This document shows, one piece after another, positions 12,881-28,530 of a DNA stretch of 64,000 nucleotides; the first letter of the stretch is position 1; each line of letters starts with the position of its first letter. The stretch spans positions 69,874,001 to 69,938,000 of the forward strand of contig OX597819.1 in the NCBI GenBank assembly GCA_951406725.2, read 5' to 3'. The notes beneath the pieces were generated by a model, which was not told where the DNA came from, did no database searches, and saw nothing but the letters and a program-made list of their open reading frames with translations. Position numbers and translations under genes: made by a program. The stretch is from Octopus vulgaris (taxonomy: Eukaryota).

Positions 12881-13298
12881 CATGTAACAATCTGGATGAT
12901 AAATGAATAAAGTGTAGCTTTCCAAATCTGTTGGTTAACTAATTTGTTTCCACAGAATTTTATAACGACGCCATCTTTTCTCTTTGAATTTACAGAATAT
13001 AATAAAAAAAAACCTACGAATCTTGTTCTTCAAAAACAATTTAAACTCAGTTTAATATTTCTTCTTTTTTACTGGATCAACCCAGCAGGTTTGAAAACAT
13101 ACCGGAGTATACTGCCTTCACTTTATCCTCAAAATCTCAATTTTTTATATCAATTTTTTTTAACTCGGTGAAGTTAAGGACGATGTATGAAGATATTTTA
13201 TAATAAAAACTTATAACGCATCATATTTTAAACAGGTTTTGTCTCTTTACATAATCTTATTAATATCATAGTCAATATCTGCCTTTCACTCAGTCGTT

Positions 13299-13353
<55 letters not shown>

Positions 13354-13699
13354 CTCCTCTCTTTTATTTCACCACGTGCGTTCCTTGTATCCAAGAAATT
13401 CTTCACATAAATACAATTCGAACCTAACTTCACACTGCATCACTTTATTTTCTTCTTATTTTTAATTTCTTCCTTTGTCGTTCGTATTTTTCATTCTTTG
13501 TGGTAAGATGGTTTGGTATTATATTATAATTGTATTCATTATATGTAACTTTTTCACGTTTTCTCTTTCTCGATATATTATTATCAACTTCATTTTTTTC
13601 TGCCTTCACAGCTACATTCCTCGCTTACACACACATACATACTCTAACTTCCTCTCTCAGTCATTTCCATTCACTCCCTCTCCCTCCCTTCTCTCTCTC

Positions 13700-13743
<44 letters not shown>

Positions 13744-13853
13744 GCTTTCTCATGTTCTCAATCTTTTCCAATGTTTCTTCATATCATTTTTCCAGAGCGA
13801 ATCTTTTGCTTTTTTCCCGTACGTTTTCTGAGAATAGTAATGTTTTATGTGTG

Positions 13854-13914
<61 letters not shown>

Positions 13915-14194
13915 GTGTGCGTGTGTGTATGTTCCTATCTATTACGACTAGATATATGTGATTGTCTGTGGCCGCTTGTGTATGTGTGTATACGTGTGTG
14001 ATGTCATATTCTTTTCTATATTTCGTATTTGAATTCAACATCCATGTACCAAAACAAATGCAGTTTTCACACACACACACACAAACACACACACAAACAC
14101 AAGCACACACACAAACAGACACACACACAAACACACACACATACACAAACACATACACACACACAAACACACACACGCAGATATATCTGTTCTT

Positions 14195-15012
14195 TAACCG
14201 TTTTGCTTGTTTCAGTCATTTAACTGCGGCCATGCTGGAGTACCATCTTAAAGGATTTTAGTCGAAGAAATAGACCCCACGACTTATTTTTTGTGAGCCT
14301 AGTACATATTTTATCAGTCTCTTTTACCGTAGCGCTCAGTTTCGAGGGCCTAAACACACCAATATCGTTCGTCAAGCGTCTGTGATTGGGGGACAAACAT
14401 AGACACATAATATATATTCATTGATAAGACTGTTAGTTTAAAGGACCAATGAAACAAAACCAATTTCAAATGTGTATCTATCAAAGTAATTGTATATTTA
14501 TACATACAACCTTATTTTTGTTCCATTTTCAACCATAACTGTGCGACACATGAAACTCTGAGTAACTGTTTTTGTGATGTCTTTGCAGGTTTATGGAAGG
14601 AACTGTCTTCGAAGACTCATATTGTCGTTGATTGCTCGAAATGGGGAGTAGATAGACAGCCGACAACTGATGAAGGGTCGTTCATTGTATTCTGTGTATT
14701 GTCTTGTTTCCTTTTTCTTCCTTTATTTGCGTATTTAGCTCATTTGTTTTCGTATTTCATGTTGTTTACTGTTGGTGACGTCCTGTATCCATATATGCAA
14801 GTATGTGTGTATATATATTATATTATATATATATAATTTATATTATATATATATATATATATGACAGGCTTCTCTCAGTTTCTGTCTACCAAGTCTATTC
14901 ATAAGGCTTTAACTGGCCTGTCGCTGTAGTAAAGAACACTGGCGCAAGTGTTACTGAACTCGAAAACATGTATTTGGGAAGCAAGCTTCTTACCACACAG
15001 CCACGCCTGTCC
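14195..15012 (-). mobile_element. SINE family A split by an inserted segment
   Basis: 3' module at 14195-14410; 5' module (gacaggcttctctcagtttc...aagcttcttaccacacagccacgcc) at 14862-15012; unrelated repeat-like DNA between them. Confidence 0.7.
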
Positions 15013-15052
<40 letters not shown>

Positions 15053-15679
15053 GAAAGAGGGTTTGAAAATGCAGAGGTCTTTTGAAAATGTTTATTGACT
15101 TCACCGGTTTCAGTTTTTTAAAAAAGATTATCAAAAATAAAATGTAAAGCTTTGTGTAAACTTCGTTGTCTTAAAATATGGTAATCATAGTTGTATTAAA
15201 ACACAGTTATACAGTCTTTGATAATGATAAGAAAATGTTAAAAAATAGAATCTTTGACAATGATAAGAAAATTTTGAGAGGGGATTTTTGTTTAAACAGT
15301 TTACATGAACGTGTTCAAAATAGGTAGTAAAATAAATTCATAATTATTTTAAGTTCATCAAAATCATAATTAGAAGCATATATACAGAAAGAATTATATT
15401 TAAGAATTTATACAGAATTTTAGGGGAATGACCAACCTTTCCTTCCTTCATTTCCTATCTTGTAATGTGTGTTTAAGGGATGTTTGCTATTTCTAGGGCA
15501 GCTGACCTCTATGATGGCACATACCTTTTCTCCTCAGTCTCAAACAACAATATCCGCCCTATTATGTTTACATTTGACAAAAAAGTTTTGATGGGAATAT
15601 TCTACCAGTATTCCTTGATGTATGCATGTGTATGTATGTATGTATGTATGTATGTATGTATGTATGTATGTATGTATAA

Positions 15680-15830
15680 CAGGCCCTTTTTTAAGATTCC
15701 ATCAACCAAATCCACTCCCAAGCTCCGGTTTGCTTGTGTCTATACAAGAAGTTACTTTTCCAAGATACTACACAGTGGGAATAAACCTGAAACCAGATGG
15801 TCGGGAAGCAAAGTTCTTACCACACGACCA
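15680..15830 (-). mobile_element. Degenerate SINE family A, 5' module
   Basis: ccaaatccactc...gggaagcaaagttcttaccacac. Confidence 0.6.
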
Positions 15831-15879
15831 CACCACCATCCACAGTAAAATTCTTTCCTAAACATATATTTTCTAATAT

Positions 15880-16080
15880 AGTCACAGAGCCTGAAATTTT
15901 GAGAGAGGAAACTATTCGATTACATGAACCCCAATGCGTAACTGACATTTATTTTATCGACCCCCAAAAGGATGAAAGGCAAAGTCGACCACGGCGGAAT
16001 TCGAACTCAGAACGTAGAGACGAACGAAATGCAGCTAAGTAGTTTTTTTTTCCGGCGTGTTAACGATTTTGCTAGCTTTC
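15880..16080 (-). mobile_element. SINE family B
   Basis: atcgacccccaaaaggatgaaaggcaaagtcgacc...aattcgaactcagaacg. Confidence 0.8.
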
Positions 16081-16571
16081 CAGCACGTGTACATATCTAA
16101 AGACAAAATGGCCACGACAGCTGGAACGCCTTTGGTCACATTATTGACGCAATCGAGTTCGACCTGTGACTAAATTTATCACCATCAACGGGCGTCATCG
16201 TCGTCGACAAAATTTGAACCTGTTAACCTTTCGGCTCGTTTCCCTCTAAACTTTACTTAACAATTTTATGTTCTCTGCAGTCGTGGCAAGAAAATAGAGG
16301 TCAAATTCTGAATTTAAATTGAAACAAACACGAAAAGCAAAAGATAAAAACGAAACCATTGATTCTCTTACTAAAGCTACGTAGTGTAGAAGCTGATATA
16401 AAAGTTGAATAAATTTATAAGTTTGGAACGGATATGGACAAACATAAAGTGTCAAGGGAGGCTTCACAACGATCTTCCTGATACAGTATAGCCAGCAGTT
16501 AAACATAATGACGAAGATAGCAATCATAGGGGCTTGATATATAATAGTTCTTCAGGGGAAGACACGTACAT

Positions 16572-16647
<76 letters not shown>

Positions 16648-17255
16648 CGTATCTGCATCTATGTCTATATGTGCAACTATGTTTGTGTATCTGTGTAGGT
16701 TCGTGTATGAGTCAAGTAATATCAGCGTACAAAAAACATGATATTACGAACACACACACGCGCGCTCACACATTTGCTCGATCCCTTACACGCATGCAGT
16801 CGCATACGTGTGTGTATGTGCGCACGTGTGCATATATACATATATATACTATACACACACATATATATATATATATACACACACACATACACACACACAC
16901 ACATATATATATATGTACGTTTATATATAGATTATACATATATACGTATATATGTGTACTAGTAAATATATGATAATACATTTATGTATGCATGGATGTG
17001 TATACATATATATTCATGCGCCTACAAATATATATAAATATATATATACATATATATATGTGTGTACACACACACACATATATACACACATACATAGATA
17101 TACATGTATATGTCTATAAACATATACATATATATGTGCATGTACATGTTTGTATGTATATAATGAAATATACACACATTTGTATATATATATATACATA
17201 TGATATATAAATAGATAGATAGATAGATACACACGCGCACGTACACACACATGCA

Positions 17256-17297
<42 letters not shown>

Positions 17298-17334
17298 TTT
17301 ATGTATGCACACGAAGCCACACACATACCGACGG

Positions 17335-17393
<59 letters not shown>

Positions 17394-17661
17394 TTACATA
17401 TTATATTTGAAATTTTTACTTATATCTCTTTATCTTTTACTATTACTGTATATCTCATTTCATTTTATATATTGCCTTACTCATATGTAATGGTGTATTA
17501 AAGTATGGATTGAGTATCATCGGATAGTTGATGTTTTACTGATTTAATATGTTTCTCCATAACTTTTAGTATTAATTTACGGTAATATTATTACCTTTAC
17601 CCATATAATACAATAGATGAACTGATTGTTTGACAATTTTTAACATCTATGTATATACCTA

Positions 17662-17721
<60 letters not shown>

Positions 17722-18069
17722 AATGTATGTATATATATATATGTATATACATATATATATTTATGCATATAAATGTTCTTACATTTGTAACGTATGTCCA
17801 ATGGCGCGGACCTGACTATATACTGAAAAATTTCCATTCACCTAGTAACCACGAGGTCGGAAGTTCTGACTCACAGCACAACATATTGAGTAACTGTATC
17901 TTATGGTAGCTCTAGGTTGAGCAAACATTGTGAATGGAATTTGGTGGACGGAATGTTGTGTCCTAAAATGCGCTCCGTGCGTGTGTGTGTGTGTGTGTGT
18001 GTGTGCATCTTTTTATCATTTACTCGTTTCACTCATTGAACTGCACCTACATATATATAATATATGTGT

Positions 18070-18830
18070 GGGAGTATTATAATAATCATATACTTAATTA
18101 TATGAGATTGGCTATATGCCTCTCCACGCGCCAGAAATAGACGCCAAAAGACACTAATACCACCTTAAAAACTCCACAAAATGAAACACGAGCCGTAGCT
18201 ACAGCGTGTTTCTATTATTAACTGTTTTTTTTTATTTTATATGTGTTAGCCCTTCCAACCAGTTAGAACCGCTGAAGAAGCCTAGAGGCACATTCATTAT
18301 CCAAGCCTTACCTGCTCATCCCTACATAACACTGAAGAGATGGAGATAACCTGGAAGAACTTGTTGCCTCTTGGCAGAAACGGACGTAAGAAACCAGCAC
18401 CTACACACCCATTCGGTTTTACTGACAATTTGTTCATTTACTCATTCGCTCATTTACTCAATTCATCCCCTGTTCCTGTATGTTTATATGCTTCCACACC
18501 CTTGTTCTTGCAATTACCAACTCTTTCTATTTGATATTTTGTACCACTTATACATGTGTATGTATTCATCTAATACATTAAAATGAATAGACATGCTGGA
18601 ATGTTTACCGGCTGATATCTGTCGATTTTGTATTCTCTTCACTTTCTTATTTGCTGTATAAATCAAGGATAAACCCCTTTTTACCCCCGCCCACATATAA
18701 CACTGAATTGCGAGATTGCGACGCAATAACCAGCACTTGGGTATGAATAACTGGGTACACTACCAGCAGTATATTGGATAGACACTATCCCTTAGTTGGT
18801 TTCTCAACCTCTAACTCACACAGAAATATG
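18070..18830 (+). mobile_element. Probable Penelope-derived non-autonomous repeat with a hammerhead-like motif at 18272-18388
   Basis: CTGAAGA, stem II gcc.agaggca/tgcctct.ggc with a long loop, GAAAC GGAC GTA; flanked by (TA)/(TG) tracts; stem I not paired. Confidence 0.4.
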
Positions 18831-18884
18831 TGTGTGTATGTCTATATTTAAATGTATATATACACACACATACATATATGTACT

Positions 18885-20020
<1,136 letters not shown>

Positions 20021-20021
20021 A

Positions 20022-20236
20022 AGGCGGCGAGTGGGCAAAATTGATAGCACATTAAGCAAAATGCTTAGCGGTATTTCGTCCGTCTTAAAGACGTTCTCTG
20101 TTCAAATTCAGCCGAGATCGACTTTGCCTTTCATCTTTTCGGGGTTCATAAACTAAATACCAGTTGAGGACTGGCGTCGATGTAATCGACCAGTCATCCC
20201 CATCCCAAATTTTCAGGCCTTGTGCCTATAATAGAA

Positions 20237-20240
<4 letters not shown>
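20022..20240 (+). mobile_element. SINE family B
   Basis: ggcggcgagtgggc head, core, tail ttcaggccttgtgcctataatagaaattattatt. Confidence 0.85.
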
Positions 20241-20290
<50 letters not shown>

Positions 20291-20334
20291 GTTATTGTTG
20301 TTGTTGTTGTTATTGTTGTTGTTGTTGTTGTTGT

Positions 20335-21270
20335 TTACTTTTAATCTGCATGTTTGTTACACTCACTCGCCGGAACACACCCAAAGTCCTGGGGGCAAGT
20401 GAAGGATAAGAGATGTTACTGTATGGCTGAAAGCTTGGGGATGGCAAGTGGCCGGAGTAATAGCGAAATAGATTCATGTAATACAACACATACATTTAAA
20501 TTGATGAGGTTTTCCTAAAGATGAGGGCAGTACTTGTCAGCACAATCTTTCTCTGAGACATGGTTCTCCTAGGATGTTGTCTAGATGTTTCGGACATCCA
20601 TTTTATCATACTTAGGGCACCAACAATACCAGGGACAATATTTGCTTTAAGATGCCACATCTTTTGTATTTCAATTTCCAGGTCCTTATATTTACTAAGT
20701 TTTTCAAATTCCTTTGCAGATTTATTTTATTAGTCTATATGTATCATTTCCTCGTCTTGAATGACTATGTCTGGTAGATTAGCCTGGATCATTCTGACAC
20801 TATTGACTGGAAAACCCCTGAAGATAGTGGATTTTTCCCTTCAACGATTGGTACAGGATGATGTACATATCAGTAAGCAAGGTTGCTGATTTTGTAGTGT
20901 TTACATATTTTCTAATGTAAATACTGTCCAATCGTGGCGATTTTTCTATTCGTTTGTTGTCAGCACAGAATATCCCCAGACGATGTTCTATTATTTCATC
21001 AAATTTATCGCAGAATCTGCGGTTAGGGCCAGAACCGTTTTGAAGAACGTTAGCCTGGTAGTTTTTGGTAAGCAAGTTTTGATCAGGTGCCACCAATATG
21101 AAACCTTCAGTTTCTGATTTCAGTCCTGAACTTCTCAGCCACTGATGAGTTCTTGCTTGGTCTAGATCGGCATTTCAGCTTCAGAGTATAAACTGTCCAT
21201 GCAGGAACTTCTGGCTTCATTGCTTCAAAATTTGTTTTAGACCGTTCTTTTCTGCAGTCAACTTGATTTA
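20335..21270 (-). mobile_element. R4/Dong-clade LINE 3' portion (zinc knuckle and restriction-like endonuclease), degenerate
   Basis: LHGQF...HQWLRSSGLKSETEGFILVAPDQNLLTKNYQ, degenerate CCHC (RRFCDKFDEIIEH), ANLPDIVI, KLSKYKDLEIEIQKMWHL...VPGIVGAL; 3' UTR runs into (CAA/TAA)n. Confidence 0.85.
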
Positions 21271-21435
21271 TATATAAATCATAAACATACATTCGGTCGT
21301 ACCTCCTCATATATAGGTATAAATAGATAGATAGATAAATAGATACATACATACATACATACATACATACATACATACATACATACATACATACATACAT
21401 TACACACATACATACATACATAGGGAGAGAGAAAG

Positions 21436-21530
<95 letters not shown>

Positions 21531-21664
21531 CGTTAATTGAGCATTTTAATCAATTTTAATTATCTACTTTTTAGATGTAGTTCAGTCAGTAAGCATTCAC
21601 AAATTACATAGATGTAAGCATCCTTTAACATATATATGTATCCATGTATGTATATATATATATG

Positions 21665-21793
<129 letters not shown>

Positions 21794-22095
21794 CATATAT
21801 CCATATATGTATGTGTATGTATGCTTCTCAACTGCCATAAAATATTGTTTATAATATGCAATAACTTTATAATTATAAATTAAATGTTATGTGTGAGTTT
21901 GTGTCTATTCAGAGGAATAAAACAGATGCTGATGAACAATATTGAAACGATTTCTTTTATGTGATAAAACAAAGTAAAAATAGCTTTGGTATTTAGCTTT
22001 AATTAATCTCTATAAATTGATGCATAAAATTGGTAAGTGCCGAGAGCTTGAGCTTATTATACATACATACATGCATGCATACATCCATCAAACAC

Positions 22096-22167
<72 letters not shown>

Positions 22168-22198
22168 TGAGAAATGTGTATGTATATATGTATATATT

Positions 22199-22267
<69 letters not shown>

Positions 22268-22342
22268 GGGTAGATGGGTATAAAGATAGGTAGATAATTA
22301 GGTAGATAGATAAATAGATAGATAGGTAGATAGAGATAGATT

Positions 22343-22380
<38 letters not shown>

Positions 22381-22385
22381 TAGAC

Positions 22386-22467
<82 letters not shown>

Positions 22468-22746
22468 GTAGGTAGACTTATAAATATATGTACAGAAGTT
22501 AATACATGTATACTTAGAGAGAAAGAGAGAAAGAAGGGTAGGGAAAGAGAGAGAAAGACTCCTATATATGATACATGCATACATATAAACACACTCGCCT
22601 ACTTACATGAGTGTGTGTGTGTGTTTTATGTGTTTGTGCGTATGCAAGTTAGGAGAAAGCGTTGACGACAAAGGAGCTTATGTACCTATTACATAACACT
22701 TACATATGTACATGCTTGTATATGTCTGCTGTTATATTATGATCAC

Positions 22747-22850
<104 letters not shown>

Positions 22851-24067
22851 GCAAGAATAATTACAATCTGCAGCACCGGCAGTTGCGCCTGCACCAACTC
22901 CAGTACCACCACTTGCTATCAAAAACGTCTTTAGATTTTGAAAGCTCTTCATGAAGATCGCACATGTTAAAACTGATGATAACAGAGTCATGAATATTCA
23001 CACTTAGAAATAGCATTGAAATTATCGTTTGCCTCAAAGCATGCACTCTATAATTAAGATTCAGACGTTTCATTGTATATATATTGACTTTATGGAAATT
23101 GCTTCTCTTCTCACGCCGTCCTTTTTCTAGTTTGTAAATGTGCGGCATGTTTAATGAAATTACGTAATACTTGCAAAATTCTGGTGAGATTTTGAAAAAT
23201 ATTCAATAAATTTCTGCATTTCAAATCACTTTAACGCAACTGTATAGTTGAATTCATACTGGCATTAAGAATTAACAACATAATTTCCTTTCATATCTCC
23301 AGACTTATTATAACAGATACAGTACTAACGTCTGAAATAACCTCGTATCTCTCCCTTTACTCTTTTCCATTCATTTCACTTTGCTTACATAGATTCGTTC
23401 GTGTGTGTGTGTACTTATGTATATATATATATATATATATATATGCGTTTCTAAAAGGTACATCTTAGCGGGAATTTGGAATAAAACACCGGACACATCG
23501 TAGACCTTTCCGGTGATGGTTTATGCAATTTTGATATTCGGAAGGCACTGGATATATTCACTGTGAAGTTAATTACCTCCCCTGTGTTTCTCTCTTTCCT
23601 TTTTTTTTTCTTAATGCTCTTACTCGATTGCATCGAACGCAGATACCAAACCGCCTTGTTGTTTTTAACAGCTTAATCAATATCGAAATCAATAAGTATT
23701 TTGGCCAGGAAACTCTGGGTGACTGCATTTCACAAGGCTTTTGTGGTTTTTGTTATAATATTATGTACGTATGTCATTGTTCACTTTTTTGCATCACAAC
23801 CCTTATTTTGCATCACAACAAATTAAGCTTCATGACGGTCATTGAACATCTTCAAAAAAGATTGCGCCTCATCACGGTCACTGACATAACAGAAACTTAT
23901 ACCGTATCATATCAGTTATGTCTCATAACGGCAATTATTTCTTAAAGTGTCCATTACGTCACTTCACAGATGTTTACGGTTACTATCTCACATCCCAACT
24001 TACATGTACCGTGAGATACAATGTTTGTGTTGTGTTATCATCACACATTGTCCACCATCCCAGCCTC

Positions 24068-24290
24068 GCCCCTTTATCATTTCAAATTAATGCTTATTTA
24101 TTTGCATTGATTTCAGCTAATCTCGCATAATTTTTGTAGCCCTAAGATTTTGATGAGGTAACTGTTAAATCTGAGATTGTAAGAGGGTTGGTGTAAGAGG
24201 CCAGATCTGGCCAGTTTGAGCATAATACAAATGGAATATTTTGACCGGATCTGACCCCCATTTGGCCGAGTTAAATGCTGAAGGATTAGT
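24068..24290. mobile_element. Degenerate MITE, possibly piggyBac type
   Basis: Imperfect TIRs ccctttatcattt ... aaatgctgaagg with an internal ggccagatctggcc palindrome. Confidence 0.45.
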
Positions 24291-24364
24291 GTTATAATCA
24301 CGGCGGGTTTGTACCGTTTCGTGTTGATTTTAATATTAAATCTCAAGTGTGGGATATCATCACC

Positions 24365-24670
24365 GTGGCGCTTCACATGGCCTAGATGTACAGTGTGATG
24401 TTCTCATGATCGCAAGATTGTGGTTTCGATTCCCAGACAAGGAAAGAAGTGTTCATTTATTTCTTGAGCACTTCATTCAATAAACGAAATTTTTTCTTAA
24501 CCTGCAAACTTTATTTGACGTCGCTCCAATCCCCATTGCCGTAAATGAATAACCCTGTAACGAATCGGCGTCCCATTCAGGCGTAGTTGGAATATTGTGA
24601 TCGTGGTCAATTATACGCCATTGAAACCGAGTAGCCGGTCTTGTGAGGCCTAGGACCTAAGACGGTAGTG
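24365..24670 (+). mobile_element. Degenerate SINE related to family C
   Basis: atggcctag...gatcgcaagattgtggtttcgattcccagac tRNA-like head. Confidence 0.55.
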
Positions 24671-25225
24671 TCTAGAAACTGATGATATGTCTCACGACAT
24701 CCCTCCTACCTCAATACATTGACTGTGTTTCACATGTGTGCATCAACACCAACACCATCAACACCACAACTCTCTAACTACATGACTCCCAGTGAAGCTA
24801 TTACCTCATAACAAACATAGCGTCTCTGTGACCTCCGTTCATAAACCTCGCAGCACAAAACCATTCTTATTATTATTCACAAAGCAAAGTTTACTTAACA
24901 CAAAAATTTGTTGAATCAATCAGGTTTTAAGTATGCATTAGTAGATAGAAATCACAGCGTAGTTCAAAGGAAAGAGCTGTGAAATACAACGGCCAGTACC
25001 AAAGAAAATACAAACTATATAAAATTGTATAAAAATATATCGATCGCATATTTTTTATAGATTTCTTACATTAAATTATACACAGAGTATCACGAAAAAA
25101 AACTAAGTTTATATCCGTAGAGGACGTCATACATAAATTAGTGAACGAAATATTGCTCATCTATATTTGAATACAGTCAACAAGTGCGGAAGCTTCCAGG
25201 ATCTCAGGATCTCTGCAGCCTAGAC

Positions 25226-25808
25226 CAATGGTTCTCAACTGGCGTCCATATGGTCCCTGATGATCCATATAAGATTTGGGCGGGGGTCCATGCAAGGAAA
25301 TAATAAAAGGGCCCCTGAAAAAATCTTAGTTGTTTGTATTGGTATGTAATACAAGAAACCGCTAGTTTCTTTCTCTAGCGTTTTACATAGTTTAACCTAC
25401 ACAAGTTAATGGATGAAAAACAAAATGGGAATGTTGAAAGTGGTTTCTATAAAACTAGTTTTCAAACATCGAATGGCTATGGGGGTCCATCAGTATAAAA
25501 TAGTAATCAATCACTATCATCATTGTTCGACCGTGGTCGAGACAATGGAATTTACTATGCTACGCCAGACTTCACGGTCCATCATAGCATTACGGAGGTC
25601 CTGTTGCTGGATGCCTGTATCCCTGGAGATTACATCAGGGTAGGAGAGTGTGCGCCCTCTGGTATCGCGAGTAGATGGCTTCCAGAGGAGAAGAGTAGAA
25701 ATTGCCTCGTTTTCAGCTCTGCAACAATGTCCAGCAAACTGGACTCTCCTACCTTTCACAAGGTAATCAAAGGTGTCCATAAGTATAAAAAATGACTGAG
25801 AACCCATG
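25226..25808. mobile_element. hAT (Charlie-like) MITE with a nested RTE fragment
   Basis: TIRs caatggttctcaac / gactgagaacccatg; 8-bp TSD gcctagac / gcccagac; same family as 38587-38842. Confidence 0.8.
25511..25762 (-). mobile_element. 5'-truncated RTE-type LINE 3' end
   Basis: RRVQFAGHCCRAENEAISTLLLWKPS...RGRTLSYPDVISRDTG...AMMDREVWRSIV; (TGA)n-like tail; TSD gtaatcaa at 25503-25510 and 25763-25770. Confidence 0.85.
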
Positions 25809-26849
25809 GCCCAGACTGAGATGCAAGAACTCAGTCACATCAAAAGCCATCAGAACAAGTTCCGACAATGAATTTCAGGTGATGCCTATAAGCAGTGGCT
25901 TCTATTCTCGAGAAGAGTTACAACTTTGCCTCATAAACGGCGGACATCCGTCCCTCCTTACATGTGGAAAGCGTAACATGTAGAAATGAAGATTACTTTA
26001 AGCATTTCATGTGTGTGTGTGTGTGTGTGTGAAGGCTCGCGGACTAGTGAATCAGTGTTTGTCTCGCAATCATAATATCGTGGTTTCAATTCCTGGACAT
26101 GGTGGCGCATTGTCTCTTTCAGGAAAGTGTTTCGTTTCGCTTTACTCCAATCTACACAACCCTTTCTTCCTCTCTCCCTGTCACATCCTGGAGGTGGAGC
26201 CGGGTTCAAGGCTGAGGGAGTTGAAATGGCGCGTGCGTGCGTGCTTGTGTGTATGTGTGTATGTGTGTATGTGTGAATGTGTGTTTGCGCGCACGCGAGT
26301 GCATGCGTGTATCTGTGTCTGTTTGTCTGTATATCTGCCTGCTTGAGACTACGTTGTCACAACGAAAGCAGGTGACGTTTCTTTACTTGTTATGACATAT
26401 TCAGAAAGTTCGAACAATTAAACAACTTTTGAATGATTATGGTTTCTTTCTCTTTCCCTGCGTCTCTTAACAAATGCTTCACATATATTATGGCAACACG
26501 TTGCAGTTTAAGTTTTTATTTCAGAATCTTGCAGCACAAACTTTTACAAGTGTTTACTTCTTCGGAGACTTCACAGATAGTTTTACTGCAACATTAGAAA
26601 AGTTTCTGCATAAGTTTTATCCAATTTAAAACAGAATCTCGCGCAAACACGTCACTCCTTGCATTTTTCCTAAAGCAGTCTTACAAAGAAGAAAAAGTCG
26701 GTTGTGTTTCTGTCTCAGTGGAAACAACAACATAACTCTGCTCCGATGTTTTCTTATATTGCCTGGAGCAGACGTTTGAACATAAACTTAGACAGGACCA
26801 TCCTAGTAGTGGACCGGTATGCTAAAACTTTACTGTTAGTACATACATA

Positions 26850-28089
26850 TGAGGGCCGGCTGAAAAGTTCATAGGCTGACCAAAATACTCTCATGGAATG
26901 TGACCAAATGAAGTTCACTTTTCAATATAGTCCCCCTTTCACTCCACACATTGCTTCCATCGGTGTTGCAGTGCTTGGATCCCTTCGGTGAAGAATTTTC
27001 CACCTGTTGGACAAAAAAGTCAGCAGCAGCAGATATGACGTCATCATCACTGCGATACTGGTTCCTAGGCAAGTGTTTTTCTCATGTTGGGGAACAGATG
27101 ATACTTAGATGAGGGTCAAGTCAGAATAGGGAGGATGATCAGCAGTTCAAAGCCAGTCACACACAACAGCCATTGAAATCAAAGACGTGTGGGCTGAAGC
27201 ATTGTCCTGATGAAACAAGACGCCATTTGTCAGTCTTCCTAGGCGTGTGATCTTGATAGTCTTTCGTAACTATCTCAGCAAGTTGGCATAGTACTTTTCA
27301 TTGATAGTGTGACCTTTCTGAAAATAGTCAATAAACACAACGCCTTTTGCATCTCAGTAAACTGGGGACATCACCTTCGCTGCAGATGAAACGAACTTGG
27401 CCTTCTTTGGAGCAGGTGAGGAGGCGTGTTTCCCCTGCATGGGTTGTCTCTTTGTCTCTGGCTCAAATTGATGAAGCCAACACTTATCTTTCCTTAGGAA
27501 ACGTTCAAAGAAATCAGCTGGATCTGCTTCAAACAATGTCAGATTTTCTTGTGATGTGCTGAACCTGGTGCACTTTTGATCAGGTGTCTGAAGACGTGAC
27601 ACCCACCGAGCAGAAACGTTTGTCATGCCAATTTCATGGTGAGATATACTAATAGCACTGGTTATTTGGTTTATAGTCAGGCGCCTGTCATCCATTACCA
27701 TATGGTGGACAAGATCAATGTTTTTCTTGGTGGTGGCAGCTGCAGGATGTCCAGACCTTGGGTCACCTGCAAGATTCTTTCTTCCTCGCCTAAATTCAGC
27801 TGTCCACTTTTGCAGTATTAATAAAGCTGGATCATCTGTAGCAACTACGTCAGCATGAATGTCCTAGGAGGCCAAAGCCGTTTTTCTACATGTGCTAAAT
27901 TTTGTCAGTTTTCAAGAGAAGTCGCAACTAGTTATTTTTGTAGTCTTCTTTGAATAGTCAGATATTAGTTTGCTTGGAAAGAAACAATGCAGTTATTAAT
28001 AAGAAGAATTGAAGTGAACGTATACAAGGTTTCACATTTCTAGTATCACTCCTTTATAGTCAACCTATGAATTTTTCGGCCCACCCTCT
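26850..28089 (-). mobile_element. Full-length decayed mariner transposon
   Basis: TIRs gagggccggctgaaaagttcataggctgac / gtcaacctatgaatttttcggcccaccctc with TA TSDs; transposase remnants DDRRLTINQI, VSARWVSRL, WLHQFEPETKRQ, PKKAKFVSSAAKVM; many frameshifts. Confidence 0.9.
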
Positions 28090-28530
28090 TATATCTCCTT
28101 TGTTTTTGTAAATGATATCCATGTTTGCAACCATCAAATTTTGGGAAATATACTCCAGATTCGGCGCCCTTGTGATTATTTGCAGAGATAACCATACACC
28201 TCCCGGATCTCTAATGGAATGTTGTCCGGCCTAAGAGCGTTATTATTTCCCAGTGTTTATGACGGCAGAAATAATAGACAAAAATTGGAAGCATATCCAG
28301 TTGAAGATTTGCATAAATTTCCCAAAATTCATATTTGACAGCTGACCCTATGACATAGAACCTCCCAAAACTAGACACCAATATTTAAGCAATATTCAAG
28401 CTTAATTAGGTTACCTATGAAGAAAATAAAACAATATCAATGTTAGTGATCGCCAAAGACTATGAATCCACAAATACCTATCACTTTACAAGAATGAAGG
28501 ATAATCCTGAATAACGAGGCTAAAATATAG

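Noticed and set aside
21920-21960. CTGATGA-acaatatt-GAAAC resembling a hammerhead core
   Set aside because: No credible stems I, II or III; expected by chance
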